Positions 1-8,863 of a DNA stretch of 64,000 nt are shown piece after piece. The DNA comes from an uncultured Clostridia bacterium (lineage in GTDB: Bacteria; Bacillota; DTU014): contig FIZI01000016.1 of the NCBI GenBank assembly GCA_900016865.1, forward strand, positions 45,304 to 109,303, in the 5' to 3' direction. The notes beneath the pieces were generated by a model. That model was not told the DNA's origin and made no database searches. It saw only the letters and a list, made by a program, of their open reading frames with translations. The position numbers and the translations under genes were made by a program. Positions within the stretch are counted from its first letter, which is position 1. Every line of letters begins with the position of its first letter.

Positions 1-6
1 GGTGCT

Positions 7-972
7 GTGACATACGCTCTGAGCGGTTGGTGGTGGTTGTCTCTTGGATCAATGCTTGCGATAGGCCTCGGTGTAGGACTCCTCGATGTGGCTGCCAACG
101 CGGCGGTTGCCGATCTGAGCGATGAAAACCGTCAGTCTGACATAAGCCGCCTGCAGGCGTGGTTCGGCGTAGGCTCCGTAGTCGCACCTGTAGATACGGC
201 TGTCTGCATTTCGAGCGGGCTTGGGTGGGAGCCGATATACTTAGCAGCCGGATTGGGGTGCTTCGCGCTTCTTCTCCCATTGGCACTGTGTCCTGTCAAG
301 GAACAGCATCCTTCTCTTGATCAGCCGCAGCAAGCCCCTGTCTCCGGAGTTCTACCAGATGCAGAAAAGAAGTCGCTGAGAGCGGCACTCCAATCGCAGG
401 CATTCGTAGTCCTCATTGCCGTTTCTTTCTTGTATGGAGGGCTGTCCAGGACAGTTCTAGCTTGGACTAACACGTACCTAGCCGGTATGGACGTGTCACC
501 GCTTGCTTCGATGTACCCGATCATTCTCTACAACGTCGGTATAGCGATTGGCCGGTTTAGCTCTGGAAGCGTAATTCGGTGGTCATACAGGGGCGTATTT
601 ATCGTAGGGTCCATTGGAGCCATGATCTCAACTGTTGGGTCGGTCGTCTCAGACGATGTTGTGCTTACGGCACTTAGTCTGGCACTGGCAGGCCTGGCTC
701 ACGCAGCGCTTTTTCCGACAGCAGTTGCGTGGGGGAGCGAGCTGTTGCCTGACAATATAGGTACGTCAACCGGGTTGCTGTCTATGGCGGTTGCAGCAGG
801 AAGTATGGTGATTCCATGGCTTACCGGCGCTGTCTCGGACATCGTGGGCCTGCGTCTCGGCATTCTGAGTGTGGGGATTGTTAGCGCCGCTGCCATGGTC
901 CTATCGGTGCTCTTGGCTGGCGTTCGCCAGTCTGGCGCAGAGCACTCCGATGAGCGCGCTCTAGGCGCCTGA
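7..972 (+). CDS. MFS-type transporter (multi-TM permease), probably 5'-truncated by the window edge
   Basis: 321-aa ORF reaching the window start. The product is hydrophobic throughout, with G/A/L/V/I-rich predicted TM helices and short charged loops as in MFS permeases. No N-terminal context is visible. Confidence 0.6.
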   Translation: MTYALSGWWWLSLGSMLAIGLGVGLLDVAANAAVADLSDENRQSDISRLQAWFGVGSVVAPVDTAVCISSGLGWEPIYLAAGLGCFALLLPLALCPVKEQHPSLDQPQQAPVSGVLPDAEKKSLRAALQSQAFVVLIAVSFLYGGLSRTVLAWTNTYLAGMDVSPLASMYPIILYNVGIAIGRFSSGSVIRWSYRGVFIVGSIGAMISTVGSVVSDDVVLTALSLALAGLAHAALFPTAVAWGSELLPDNIGTSTGLLSMAVAAGSMVIPWLTGAVSDIVGLRLGILSVGIVSAAAMVLSVLLAGVRQSGAEHSDERALGA

Positions 973-1430
973 CCTTCATGGTAGAGAAGTTCCGGATTTG
1001 GATAGACGTGAGGGTCCTGCCAGAACCTTAATATAGGGGTTTAGCAGGACTTTTGTTGATCCTAGAGAACTTGTTAAGCGACAAGCAGAGAGGGGTCGGC
1101 TTCCCACTGGAGCATCAGTGAGCACTCGGTGAGACAGCCGCCTAACCTGCTTCAGAGTCAAACGTGTTATCCGGCTATGCGGTGAGAAAGGAGGTGCCCC
1201 ACACTGGTTGACGCAGGCCGGCAGGCACGGGAGACAGCAGCAACCAAACAGACGTAGCCGGGGATCATCAACCGTGAGGTAACAAGGAGACTTACGTTGC
1301 GTGACCCCCTGATGCACCAGGAGATGTACCAGCGTCTACATTGATTTGTAGATGGATTGGAGTTGCTGCAGAAACGACGCAAGAATCGCAGTACAATTCA
1401 CAACACTGATCCAACCAAGGGGGATAACTA

Positions 1431-2774
1431 ATGAAGAAGCTAGTGATTGCAACAGTGGTCGCCGCAATGGTCATGGCACTGGCCCTGCCCGCGATGGCAG
1501 CCCCACAGCTCACTACCGGCGGTTCGATCGAGACGAATCTCAATTATACCAAGGACTCAGGAATGACCTCCGAGTCTGAGATCAAGTTCAACGTGAACTT
1601 GGCATTGGACGAGGGTGCTGGCAATGCGAAGCTCCACATCGAGTTCGCGCCCATCAACAGAGAGAAGAAGGATTCGTTCGGCAGCTTGACTCCGTTCGGG
1701 TCCGCACTCGACCTGTCTATCAGCAAGGCTTACCTCCAGACGAGCGGAGCTCTCTGGCACAATGGGCCGGAGATGGACATCACGCTTGGGGACGTTGACG
1801 TCAATTACTCGGACTGGATTGCAGTAATCAATGGCGTCGAAGGCATTAAGGTTGATCAAATCGACATCGCCAACAACACCATCGACGTCTTCCACATTTG
1901 GGACGCAGCTAGTGACGTTGACGCAGACCAGTCGGCCGACAAGGTCGTGGGTGTTAACGGCAAGACCAACTTGGCTGGCTTGGACCTCTCAGGTGCCATT
2001 GTCAAGAGGCTGACCGACGGAAACACCACCTATGTGGCGAACGCCAAGGTAAGCCCTGTGGACAATGTCACTGTAGACGGCACCATTGCCTACGACAACG
2101 CAAACTCGGCCAGAGCAGTTGTCGTGGAGTCTACTGTGACCAGCATTCCTAACTACACCATCAAGGCCGGTTATCGCAACCTCGATGAGGACTTTGCACC
2201 GCCGTATGCTGCACAGGAAGACCCGGACAAGGGTAGGAACGAGCAGCCCGACGTGGTAAGGTTCGCCGGCCAGACCGGTTACAACGCTGAGGTCAGCACC
2301 ACGATAGCCAACTTCGACATCACAGGCAAGCTGGATAGGTACAACACTTCCAGCGAGCAGATGAGGACTGTTGGCCTGGCTCTCGGTACAACAATAGAGG
2401 GCTTTGACCTGAGCCTTGAGCACAACATCAACACCGACCTGGCAGCCAATGCGAGCACGACTGACTCGACTTTGGTCGCTCAGAGAGGGTTCGTTGTCGC
2501 AGACCACGAAATCCAGGGCAAGTACACCTACAAGACCAATCCCAACGCCGTGGATGGCGAGAGGAAGCACACTGTTGAGGCCTCAACGAGGACAGACGTC
2601 GCAGCTCTCAAGGACGTCGAGCTTGCAGCCAAGCTGCAGTCCAACGGAGGACTCGACAGTCTGAACTACAACGTCAAGGCTTCCTACGATGCGCCGAACG
2701 GTATGTCTTTCGGTGCGGAGTACGACGGCGAAGCCGGATTCTCTGCGAATGCCGGCATGAAGGTAACGTTCTAA
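1431..2774 (+). CDS. Secreted beta-rich surface protein; candidate outer-membrane beta-barrel porin or S-layer-like protein
   Basis: The N-terminal signal peptide (MKKLVIATVVAAMVMALALPAMA|AP) is followed by an N/T/D/G/Y-rich sequence with alternating hydrophobic residues. The C-terminus ends ...GMKVTF, a terminal Phe typical of OM beta-barrels. A long (about 450 nt) 5' leader precedes the gene and a clear intrinsic terminator follows it. No catalytic motifs are present. Confidence 0.55.
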   Translation: MKKLVIATVVAAMVMALALPAMAAPQLTTGGSIETNLNYTKDSGMTSESEIKFNVNLALDEGAGNAKLHIEFAPINREKKDSFGSLTPFGSALDLSISKAYLQTSGALWHNGPEMDITLGDVDVNYSDWIAVINGVEGIKVDQIDIANNTIDVFHIWDAASDVDADQSADKVVGVNGKTNLAGLDLSGAIVKRLTDGNTTYVANAKVSPVDNVTVDGTIAYDNANSARAVVVESTVTSIPNYTIKAGYRNLDEDFAPPYAAQEDPDKGRNEQPDVVRFAGQTGYNAEVSTTIANFDITGKLDRYNTSSEQMRTVGLALGTTIEGFDLSLEHNINTDLAANASTTDSTLVAQRGFVVADHEIQGKYTYKTNPNAVDGERKHTVEASTRTDVAALKDVELAAKLQSNGGLDSLNYNVKASYDAPNGMSFGAEYDGEAGFSANAGMKVTF

Positions 2775-2876
2775 GTTGCCAATCAGACACGAAGCCGACT
2801 AAGGCTTATTACCTCGCCAATCTATCGATTTAGCCACCACAGAATGCTCCTGCACTGTGTAGGGGCGATCCCAACA

Positions 2877-2935
2877 GGAGCGAGTCTCGGTCTCTGAGTC
2901 CGAGACTCGCTCACCTGTACTTCAGTTTCTTTGTA
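2877..2935 (+). terminator. Rho-independent terminator after the porin-like gene
   Basis: The GC-rich inverted repeat ggagcgagtctcgg-tctctga-gtccgagactcgctc is followed by a T-rich run (acctgtacttcagtttctttg), directly downstream of the stop at 2774. Confidence 0.7.
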
Positions 2936-3032
2936 AGTTTCCTTGATGTGAAAGAAGGATATTACAAAAGTGTGTTGAATAACAGTATACACATGGAGAG
3001 GTCCATAGCTTGATTGAGGAGGTACATCGGCA

Positions 3033-4136
3033 ATGGCGAAAGTGGTACTCGACCACGTCACTAAACGTTTTGGCAATGTGATCGCGGTCAACGACGCATG
3101 CCTGGAGATCAAAGACAAGGAGTTCCTAGTGCTGGTCGGACCATCGGGGTGCGGAAAGTCTACGACACTCCGAATGGTGGCGGGATTGGAGGAGATCACC
3201 GAGGGTAACATCTATATTGGGGATACCTTGGTCAACGACATCCCGCCCAAGGATAGAGACATAGCGATGGTGTTCCAGAACTATGCTCTGTATCCTCACA
3301 TGGACGTCTATAACAACATGGCGTTTGGACTCAAGCTTCGGAAGTACCCGAAGGCGGAGATTGACAGACTGGTCAAGCAGGCAGCTCAGATCTTGGGTAT
3401 AGAAAACTTGCTGGACAGAAAGCCAAAGGCTCTTTCGGGTGGTCAGAGACAGAGAGTTGCTCTCGGCCGAGCTATCGTGCGTGAGCCAAAGGTCTTCCTT
3501 ATGGACGAGCCGCTGTCCAACCTCGACGCCAAGCTGAGGGTCGTGATGAGAGCCGAGCTCTCCAAGCTGCACATGAGGTTGCAGACGACAGTTATCTATG
3601 TTACTCACGACCAGACAGAGGCTATGACCATGGGCGATCGCATTGTCGTCATGAAGGACGGGTTGATCCAGCAGGTCGGCGCACCTCTGGAGATTTACGA
3701 CAATCCTGACAACATGTTCGTAGCCGGATTTATTGGTACACCTCCGATGAACTTCATAGACGCTGTGCTGGTCAAGGAGGGTGACGACCTCTATGTCAAG
3801 GGTCCCGGCTTCAAGCTGAAGGTACCATCAGGACGTTTCAAGGACCTTGGCCCATACATCGACAAGGAAGTTGTCTTCGGCATTAGGCCTGAGGACATCA
3901 TTGACGCAGAGTTCTATCCTGGCGAGGTCACAGATGACAACTCTATCGTTGCAATGGTGGATGTCACTGAGCCGCTCGGATCTGAGGTTCTCGTCTACTT
4001 GTCGTTTGGCGAGTCGATGGTCACAGCCAAACTAGATCCTCATACCAGAGCCGAGGATGGCGAAAACCTCAAGGTGGTATTCGCCATGCACAAGATGCAT
4101 CTGTTCGACAAAGACACCGAGATGGTGATCAGGTAG
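3033..4136 (+). CDS. ABC sugar-transporter ATP-binding protein (MsmX/MalK/UgpC family), orphan (no adjacent permeases)
   Basis: Walker A GPSGCGKST, ABC signature LSGGQRQR, Walker B FLMDEPLSNLD and H-loop VTHDQ are all present. A C-terminal MalK-like regulatory/TOBE region gives a 367-aa product typical of MalK/MsmX. Confidence 0.9.
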   Translation: MAKVVLDHVTKRFGNVIAVNDACLEIKDKEFLVLVGPSGCGKSTTLRMVAGLEEITEGNIYIGDTLVNDIPPKDRDIAMVFQNYALYPHMDVYNNMAFGLKLRKYPKAEIDRLVKQAAQILGIENLLDRKPKALSGGQRQRVALGRAIVREPKVFLMDEPLSNLDAKLRVVMRAELSKLHMRLQTTVIYVTHDQTEAMTMGDRIVVMKDGLIQQVGAPLEIYDNPDNMFVAGFIGTPPMNFIDAVLVKEGDDLYVKGPGFKLKVPSGRFKDLGPYIDKEVVFGIRPEDIIDAEFYPGEVTDDNSIVAMVDVTEPLGSEVLVYLSFGESMVTAKLDPHTRAEDGENLKVVFAMHKMHLFDKDTEMVIR

Positions 4137-4280
4137 GTCACACTCGCGTGTGAATAGATAGGCTGGCGGGGCTGCCCGCGTGGGTGCCTGTCACAGACCT
4201 TGTGGGTTGATTAAGGGATGGTACTCGGGATCTGGGTACCATCCTTTTTCGATAAGTGAAGCAAGAGGGGAGAACGCACT

Positions 4281-5354
4281 ATGCAGTTCAATTTGGATGA
4301 CATAGCTGCAATGGAACAGCTTGACCCAGGGGGAATGACCGGTCTAATCGTCGGCTTGCCCGATCAGTTGAAAGAGGCCCACGAGATAGGCCTAAAGGCG
4401 GAAGTCCCCGAGGATTACTCCAATGTCAAGAACGTCGTGATCTCAGGGCTCGGGGGATCTGCGATTGGCGGTGACCTGCTGAGGTCGTTGGCCACGGGCA
4501 AGTCGAGAGTTCCTATTTCGGTCAACCGTGACTACGACATACCGGCGTACGTAGGGCCTGATACTCTCTTTGTAGCTTCTAGCTACTCCGGCAACACAGA
4601 GGAGACACTCGCGGCATTTGACAGTGCAGTAGCTGCCAATGCCCGCGTGCTTTGCATCTCGTCTGGGGGTGAACTCACCAAGCGAGCGACGGATCAAGGG
4701 ATTCCTGTAATCAAGATCCCCGGCGGCCCTGCTCCGCGTGCGGCTTTAGGCTATTCTTTCCTTCCACTCTTGATTGTGATGCGAAGGCTGGGCTTGGTAG
4801 AGGATGACATCGGCGATGTTGATGAGATGTTGTCAATCATGGTTGGACTGAGGGAGGTCTTGGCTCCTCAGTCACCTGAGAGCGTCAACCAAGCAAAGCA
4901 GTTGGCTCGCAGAATCCACGGCAAGCTCCCCATTATCTATGGCGCCGAAGGTTACCGAGCTGTGGTTGCCCAGCGCTGGAAGGGCCAGGTCAATGAGAAC
5001 AGCAAGGCCCCTGCCTACTGGAACGTGTACCCGGAGCTCAACCACAATGAGATAGTCGGATGGAAGGCTTATCCCGAGCTCTTGTCTCGCATGTACGTGA
5101 TCAACCTGAGGGACAAGACTGAGTCCCCCAAGATGCAGAGGCGCATCGAAGTCACTTCTGAAATCATCAAGAAGCTGGCTGCCGGTGTAGAGGACGTCTG
5201 GGCTGTTGGCAAGTCCGATCTTGCCAAGCTCTTCTCTCTGGTGTATATAGGAGACTTCGTCTCGCTCTACCTAGCTTTCCTCAACAACGAAGATCCGCTT
5301 CCAGTTGAATCTATCGCATACTTAAAGAGCCAATTGGCACAGGTAGAGGAATAA
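4281..5354 (+). CDS. Bifunctional phosphoglucose/phosphomannose isomerase (SIS-domain PGI/PMI family)
   Basis: A 357-aa product with a SIS-type fold signature (ISGLGGSAIGGDLL ... SYSGNTEETL). The length and layout resemble the archaeal/bacterial bifunctional PGI/PMI family, and the neighbouring genes are sugar-phosphate enzymes. Confidence 0.7.
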   Translation: MQFNLDDIAAMEQLDPGGMTGLIVGLPDQLKEAHEIGLKAEVPEDYSNVKNVVISGLGGSAIGGDLLRSLATGKSRVPISVNRDYDIPAYVGPDTLFVASSYSGNTEETLAAFDSAVAANARVLCISSGGELTKRATDQGIPVIKIPGGPAPRAALGYSFLPLLIVMRRLGLVEDDIGDVDEMLSIMVGLREVLAPQSPESVNQAKQLARRIHGKLPIIYGAEGYRAVVAQRWKGQVNENSKAPAYWNVYPELNHNEIVGWKAYPELLSRMYVINLRDKTESPKMQRRIEVTSEIIKKLAAGVEDVWAVGKSDLAKLFSLVYIGDFVSLYLAFLNNEDPLPVESIAYLKSQLAQVEE

Positions 5355-5369
5355 GGAGGGAGATGGCGG

Positions 5370-6320
5370 TTGCGGGCTTGCTACATTGGAGTTGACTTGG
5401 GAGGCACGAAGATAGCTACCGGAGCCGGAGATCAGACCGGAGCAATTCTGGTCCGGGATGTCCGGCCGACTGAGGCTCACAAGGGCACAGAAGCCACGAT
5501 CAACAACATCAAGGCAAGTATTCGCCAAGTGCTTGAGCAGCTCGGGCCTGATCTGCAGGTCTGCGGGATTGGAGTTGGCAGCCCAGGGCCCTTGAGCGTC
5601 AGTGAGGGTGTCGTGTACAGCGCACCCAATCTAGGCTGGGACCATGTACCCATCCGCCAGATCCTCAAGGATGAGTTCGGGGTCAGGGTCGAGGTAGGCA
5701 ATGACGCAAATGTTGCAGGCCTGGCCGAATGGCGATTTGGTGCGGGAGAACAATGCCGCAACATGATCTATGTGACTGTCAGCACAGGGATCGGAGGGGG
5801 AATCATTGTCGATGGGAAGCTCCTCCTCGGGTCGCACGATTTCGCAGGAGAGATCGGGCATATGATCATGGTGGAGAATGGCCCTCTGTGCGGGTGCGGA
5901 AGGCGAGGCTGCTTTGAAACGCTCGCCTCAGGCACTGCGATTGCCAGGCGAGCGCAAGAAGCGGTGCGCCTCGGAGTGCCAACTGCTATGTTGGAACTAG
6001 TAGACGGCGACATCGACCGGATCGACTCCGCTGTTGTTGCGCGGGCTGATGCAGCCGGCGACGCTCTCGCGTCTGAGATCCTCGACGAGGCTATCAGATA
6101 TCTGAGCATTGGCCTGGGCAACCTGGTAACAATATTCAACCCCGATCGCATAGTGATCGGCGGAGGGGTCTCGAACATAGGCGACAGGCTGTTTAGACCT
6201 CTTCGTCGGATGATTCTGTCAAGAGCTATGAGGGAATCAGTTAGCCGCGTTGAGATACACAGAGCCAAGCTGGGTTCAGATGTCGGAGTGGTTGGTGCTA
6301 TGTGTCTGGTCATGGACTAA
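5370..6320 (+). CDS. ROK-family glucokinase
   Basis: An ATP-binding N-terminus GVDLGGTKIA is followed by the ROK zinc motif CGCGRRGCFET. The size (316 aa) is typical for GlcK. Confidence 0.85.
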   Translation: MRACYIGVDLGGTKIATGAGDQTGAILVRDVRPTEAHKGTEATINNIKASIRQVLEQLGPDLQVCGIGVGSPGPLSVSEGVVYSAPNLGWDHVPIRQILKDEFGVRVEVGNDANVAGLAEWRFGAGEQCRNMIYVTVSTGIGGGIIVDGKLLLGSHDFAGEIGHMIMVENGPLCGCGRRGCFETLASGTAIARRAQEAVRLGVPTAMLELVDGDIDRIDSAVVARADAAGDALASEILDEAIRYLSIGLGNLVTIFNPDRIVIGGGVSNIGDRLFRPLRRMILSRAMRESVSRVEIHRAKLGSDVGVVGAMCLVMD

Positions 6321-6452
6321 GCCCTCCCGGCTGAGCCGGGCAAGTCAGAGGCTCCAAAGCATATGGCAGAGGGGGAGAGAATACTATTCAGATGATAGTG
6401 CTCTCTCCCTTTTCTTTTTGACGCCCGCAACTGATCGCTGATCCGAGGAGCG

Positions 6453-7394
6453 TTGCGAAGGAGGATGCCAATGCACCGATTGGCTCTGATTGCCCTGGTA
6501 GCGGTGACAGTCGGACTGTTCGTGCAACTTGTCGCCTGCAGTAGCTCAGGCGCGGATGCAAGCCGCATGTTGTTCAGCATGGAGGACCCTCCCGATGATG
6601 ACTACGGGCCGGGGACCTATATCTACCCAACACATCACGCATTTAGCCCACACCGGGGGATCTTGGACTTGAGGCGTTTTGAGGTATTTGACACTCACGA
6701 GACCGTCGATTTCTACTTCTCCTTTGCAGTGGTCACAAATCCATGGCACGCCCCTGAAGGGTTTAGCCACCAGTTAATCGACCTCTATATCGATTGCATC
6801 GAGCGCGCAGGCCGCGACCGCCCATTGCGTGATGGGCCTAGGGTCCGGTTTCCTTCGGAATCAGGTTGGGACTACCTCATCAGAGTCGTTGCATGGGATG
6901 GGTGCCGACTGTTTCGTGCGGATGACCCCTCAAACGCCAAAGGGACAAAGGACGGAGTCTCAGCAGTTCTCCTGCAGGACGGCAAGACTATCAAGGTGTC
7001 TGTCAGGCGCGATCATTTCGAGGTGGAGCCTAGCCCAAGATGGCAGTACTTCTGCCTCATAGGTTCGCAGGACGTCTTTGGAGAGGATGAATACAGGCCT
7101 GTCATGAGGGAGGCGGGGCTGTGGCACTTCGGGGGTGCAGAAGACGAGAGATTGGCTCCGTATGTGATAGACTTGCTTGCACCCGCCAAAGGGCATCGGA
7201 GCCAGCAATCACAGCTTCTCTCATACGATAGTGGCCGAGGTACTCATGCGCTGCTCTATCCGGTTGGCGGGCAGTCGTTTAGCGTAGCGACTCTGGTCCT
7301 GTCAGTTGTCATCGCCGTGCTCCTCTTGGGTGTCGGGATAGGGCTTGCAGTCATAAGGCGAATGGCAAACCGGACTCCGCCAAACGGACGATAG
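6453..7394 (+). CDS. Membrane-anchored lipoprotein with possible glucodextranase-like carbohydrate-binding domain
   Basis: The lipobox LVAC follows the signal sequence, and there is a C-terminal TM helix (VATLVLSVVIAVLLLGVGIGLAVI). The motif PPDDDYGPGTYIYPT resembles glucodextranase-like C-terminal (S-layer-associated) domains as recalled from memory, without database confirmation. Confidence 0.45.
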   Translation: MRRRMPMHRLALIALVAVTVGLFVQLVACSSSGADASRMLFSMEDPPDDDYGPGTYIYPTHHAFSPHRGILDLRRFEVFDTHETVDFYFSFAVVTNPWHAPEGFSHQLIDLYIDCIERAGRDRPLRDGPRVRFPSESGWDYLIRVVAWDGCRLFRADDPSNAKGTKDGVSAVLLQDGKTIKVSVRRDHFEVEPSPRWQYFCLIGSQDVFGEDEYRPVMREAGLWHFGGAEDERLAPYVIDLLAPAKGHRSQQSQLLSYDSGRGTHALLYPVGGQSFSVATLVLSVVIAVLLLGVGIGLAVIRRMANRTPPNGR

Positions 7395-7507
7395 CTACGT
7401 CAATGTGTAGCCCGTGCGGTTCTTGGGTACACTAACTGCGAGATGCGCACTGCCCGTGCGATTTGTCGTTGTTGAAGGGCATTACCGCACACGACTGGGG
7501 CGAACAC

Positions 7508-8863
7508 ATGAAGATCGTAATGCTCACATGGGAGTATCCTCCCAGGTCGGTTGGGGGGATCGCACCGCACGCACAGCAGTTGTCCAGGGCACTAGTTCAG
7601 CGAGGCCACGATGTGCAAGTCGTGACTCATCTCGAAGGCGACGCCAAGAGATTGGAAGACGACAAAGGCGTGACCGTGCATAGGGCTCCAATGGCTAGTC
7701 CCGCTCCCTTGGACTTCCTCACTTGGGTCATGCAGATGAACCTAAACCTCATTGAGACTGTCGTTAAGATCACGCGCAGGTCAGGGCCGCCTGACATCAT
7801 CCACGCGCACGATTGGCTGGTGGCGTACGCCGCCAAGTCGCTCAAGCATTCCTTAACAGTCCCTCTGGTTGCCACGATCCATGCCACTGAGGCAGGGCGT
7901 AACTCCGGATTGCACAATGCTCTCCAGAGATACATCGGAGATGTAGAATGGTGGTTGGGTTTTGAGGCCTGGAGGGTGATCTGTTGCAGCACATATATGC
8001 TGGATGAGGTCATGAGAGTATTCCAGCTACCTATGGACAAGATCGATGTCATTCCCAACGGAGTCAATGCCGGGGAGTTTGCCTCAGATGCGGACATCGC
8101 CGAGTTTCGGCGAAGGTACGCGGCAGACGACGAAAAGCTGGTTTTCTTCGTGGGCAGGCTCGTGCACGAGAAGGGTGTCCATGTCCTGATACAGGCTATG
8201 CCAAAGGTGCTGGCTCACTATGGAAAAGCCAAACTTGTCGTCTCGGGTAAAGGGCCGGCAATGGACTACCTCAAGTCTCTCGCATCGCAGCTTGGTGTCT
8301 GGGACCGAGTATACTTCACCGGATATATCGATGACGATACTCGCAACAAGCTGTACAAGGCCGCTGATCTGGCGGTCGTGCCGAGCTTGTACGAGCCGTT
8401 TGGCATTACGGCCTTGGAAGCCATGGCCGCCCGCTGTCCGGTCGCAGTCAGCGACGTGGGCGGCCTGGATTCCACTGTTCAAATCGGAGTCAACGGGTAC
8501 AAATTCTACGCAGGCAATCCCAACTCCCTTGCTGATACCATCCTACACGTCTTCTTTTGCCCGGACGATGCCGAGCGCGTGAGCAGGCGAGCATATGAAG
8601 AAGTGATCACGAAATACTCCTGGGGACGAATCGCCACGCTAACAGAGCAGACATACAGCAGAGTACTTCATGAGTTCAAAAACAGCGACTGGGCGCTGAC
8701 ATCTACGGAGTTGGTGACACGTGAAAGCAGTTATCATGGCAGGCGGAAAAGGCACGAGATTGAGGCCCTTGACATGCGACCGCCCCAAACCGATGGTCCC
8801 GATCTTGGGCAAGCCTATCATGGAATATATCCTAAGACTCCTTCTGAAGCACGGCATTCGTGA
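7508..8863 (+). CDS. GT4-family glycosyltransferase (retaining; NDP-sugar dependent)
   Basis: The start MKIVMLTWEYPP and the EPFG...E motif (YEPFGITALEAMAARCPV) are typical of GT4 GT-B enzymes. The ORF extends about 60 aa beyond the usual GT4 C-terminus and overlaps the next gene by 143 nt. An upstream in-frame ATG at 7463 is a less likely start. Confidence 0.85.
   Translation: MKIVMLTWEYPPRSVGGIAPHAQQLSRALVQRGHDVQVVTHLEGDAKRLEDDKGVTVHRAPMASPAPLDFLTWVMQMNLNLIETVVKITRRSGPPDIIHAHDWLVAYAAKSLKHSLTVPLVATIHATEAGRNSGLHNALQRYIGDVEWWLGFEAWRVICCSTYMLDEVMRVFQLPMDKIDVIPNGVNAGEFASDADIAEFRRRYAADDEKLVFFVGRLVHEKGVHVLIQAMPKVLAHYGKAKLVVSGKGPAMDYLKSLASQLGVWDRVYFTGYIDDDTRNKLYKAADLAVVPSLYEPFGITALEAMAARCPVAVSDVGGLDSTVQIGVNGYKFYAGNPNSLADTILHVFFCPDDAERVSRRAYEEVITKYSWGRIATLTEQTYSRVLHEFKNSDWALTSTELVTRESSYHGRRKRHEIEALDMRPPQTDGPDLGQAYHGIYPKTPSEARHS

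Noticed and set aside
321-896. Short reverse-strand ORFs (321-524, 699-896) inside the MFS gene
   Set aside because: They are antisense to a well-supported membrane-protein ORF, lack RBS and domain motifs, and have GC-rich composition, which generates long spurious frames.
1186-1262. Shine-Dalgarno-like AAAGGAGGTG in the porin leader followed by a possible 17-codon TTG-initiated peptide
   Set aside because: There is no conservation evidence and the start codon is non-canonical (TTG), so this may be chance. It is noted only as a possible leader-peptide site.
1544-2664. Reverse-strand and alternative-frame ORFs (1557-1895, 1989-2570, 1831-2013, 2416-2664) over the porin-like gene
   Set aside because: They fully overlap the signal-peptide-bearing + strand gene. 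Their translations are S/T/R/P-rich low-complexity sequence typical of off-frame reading of GC-rich DNA.
3126-3608. 160-aa reverse ORF inside the ABC ATPase gene
   Set aside because: It is antisense to a gene with complete Walker A/B and signature motifs, and has no features of its own.
5768-6313. 181-aa reverse ORF inside ROK glucokinase
   Set aside because: It is antisense to a gene bearing the ROK zinc motif, and is R/P/S-rich junk.
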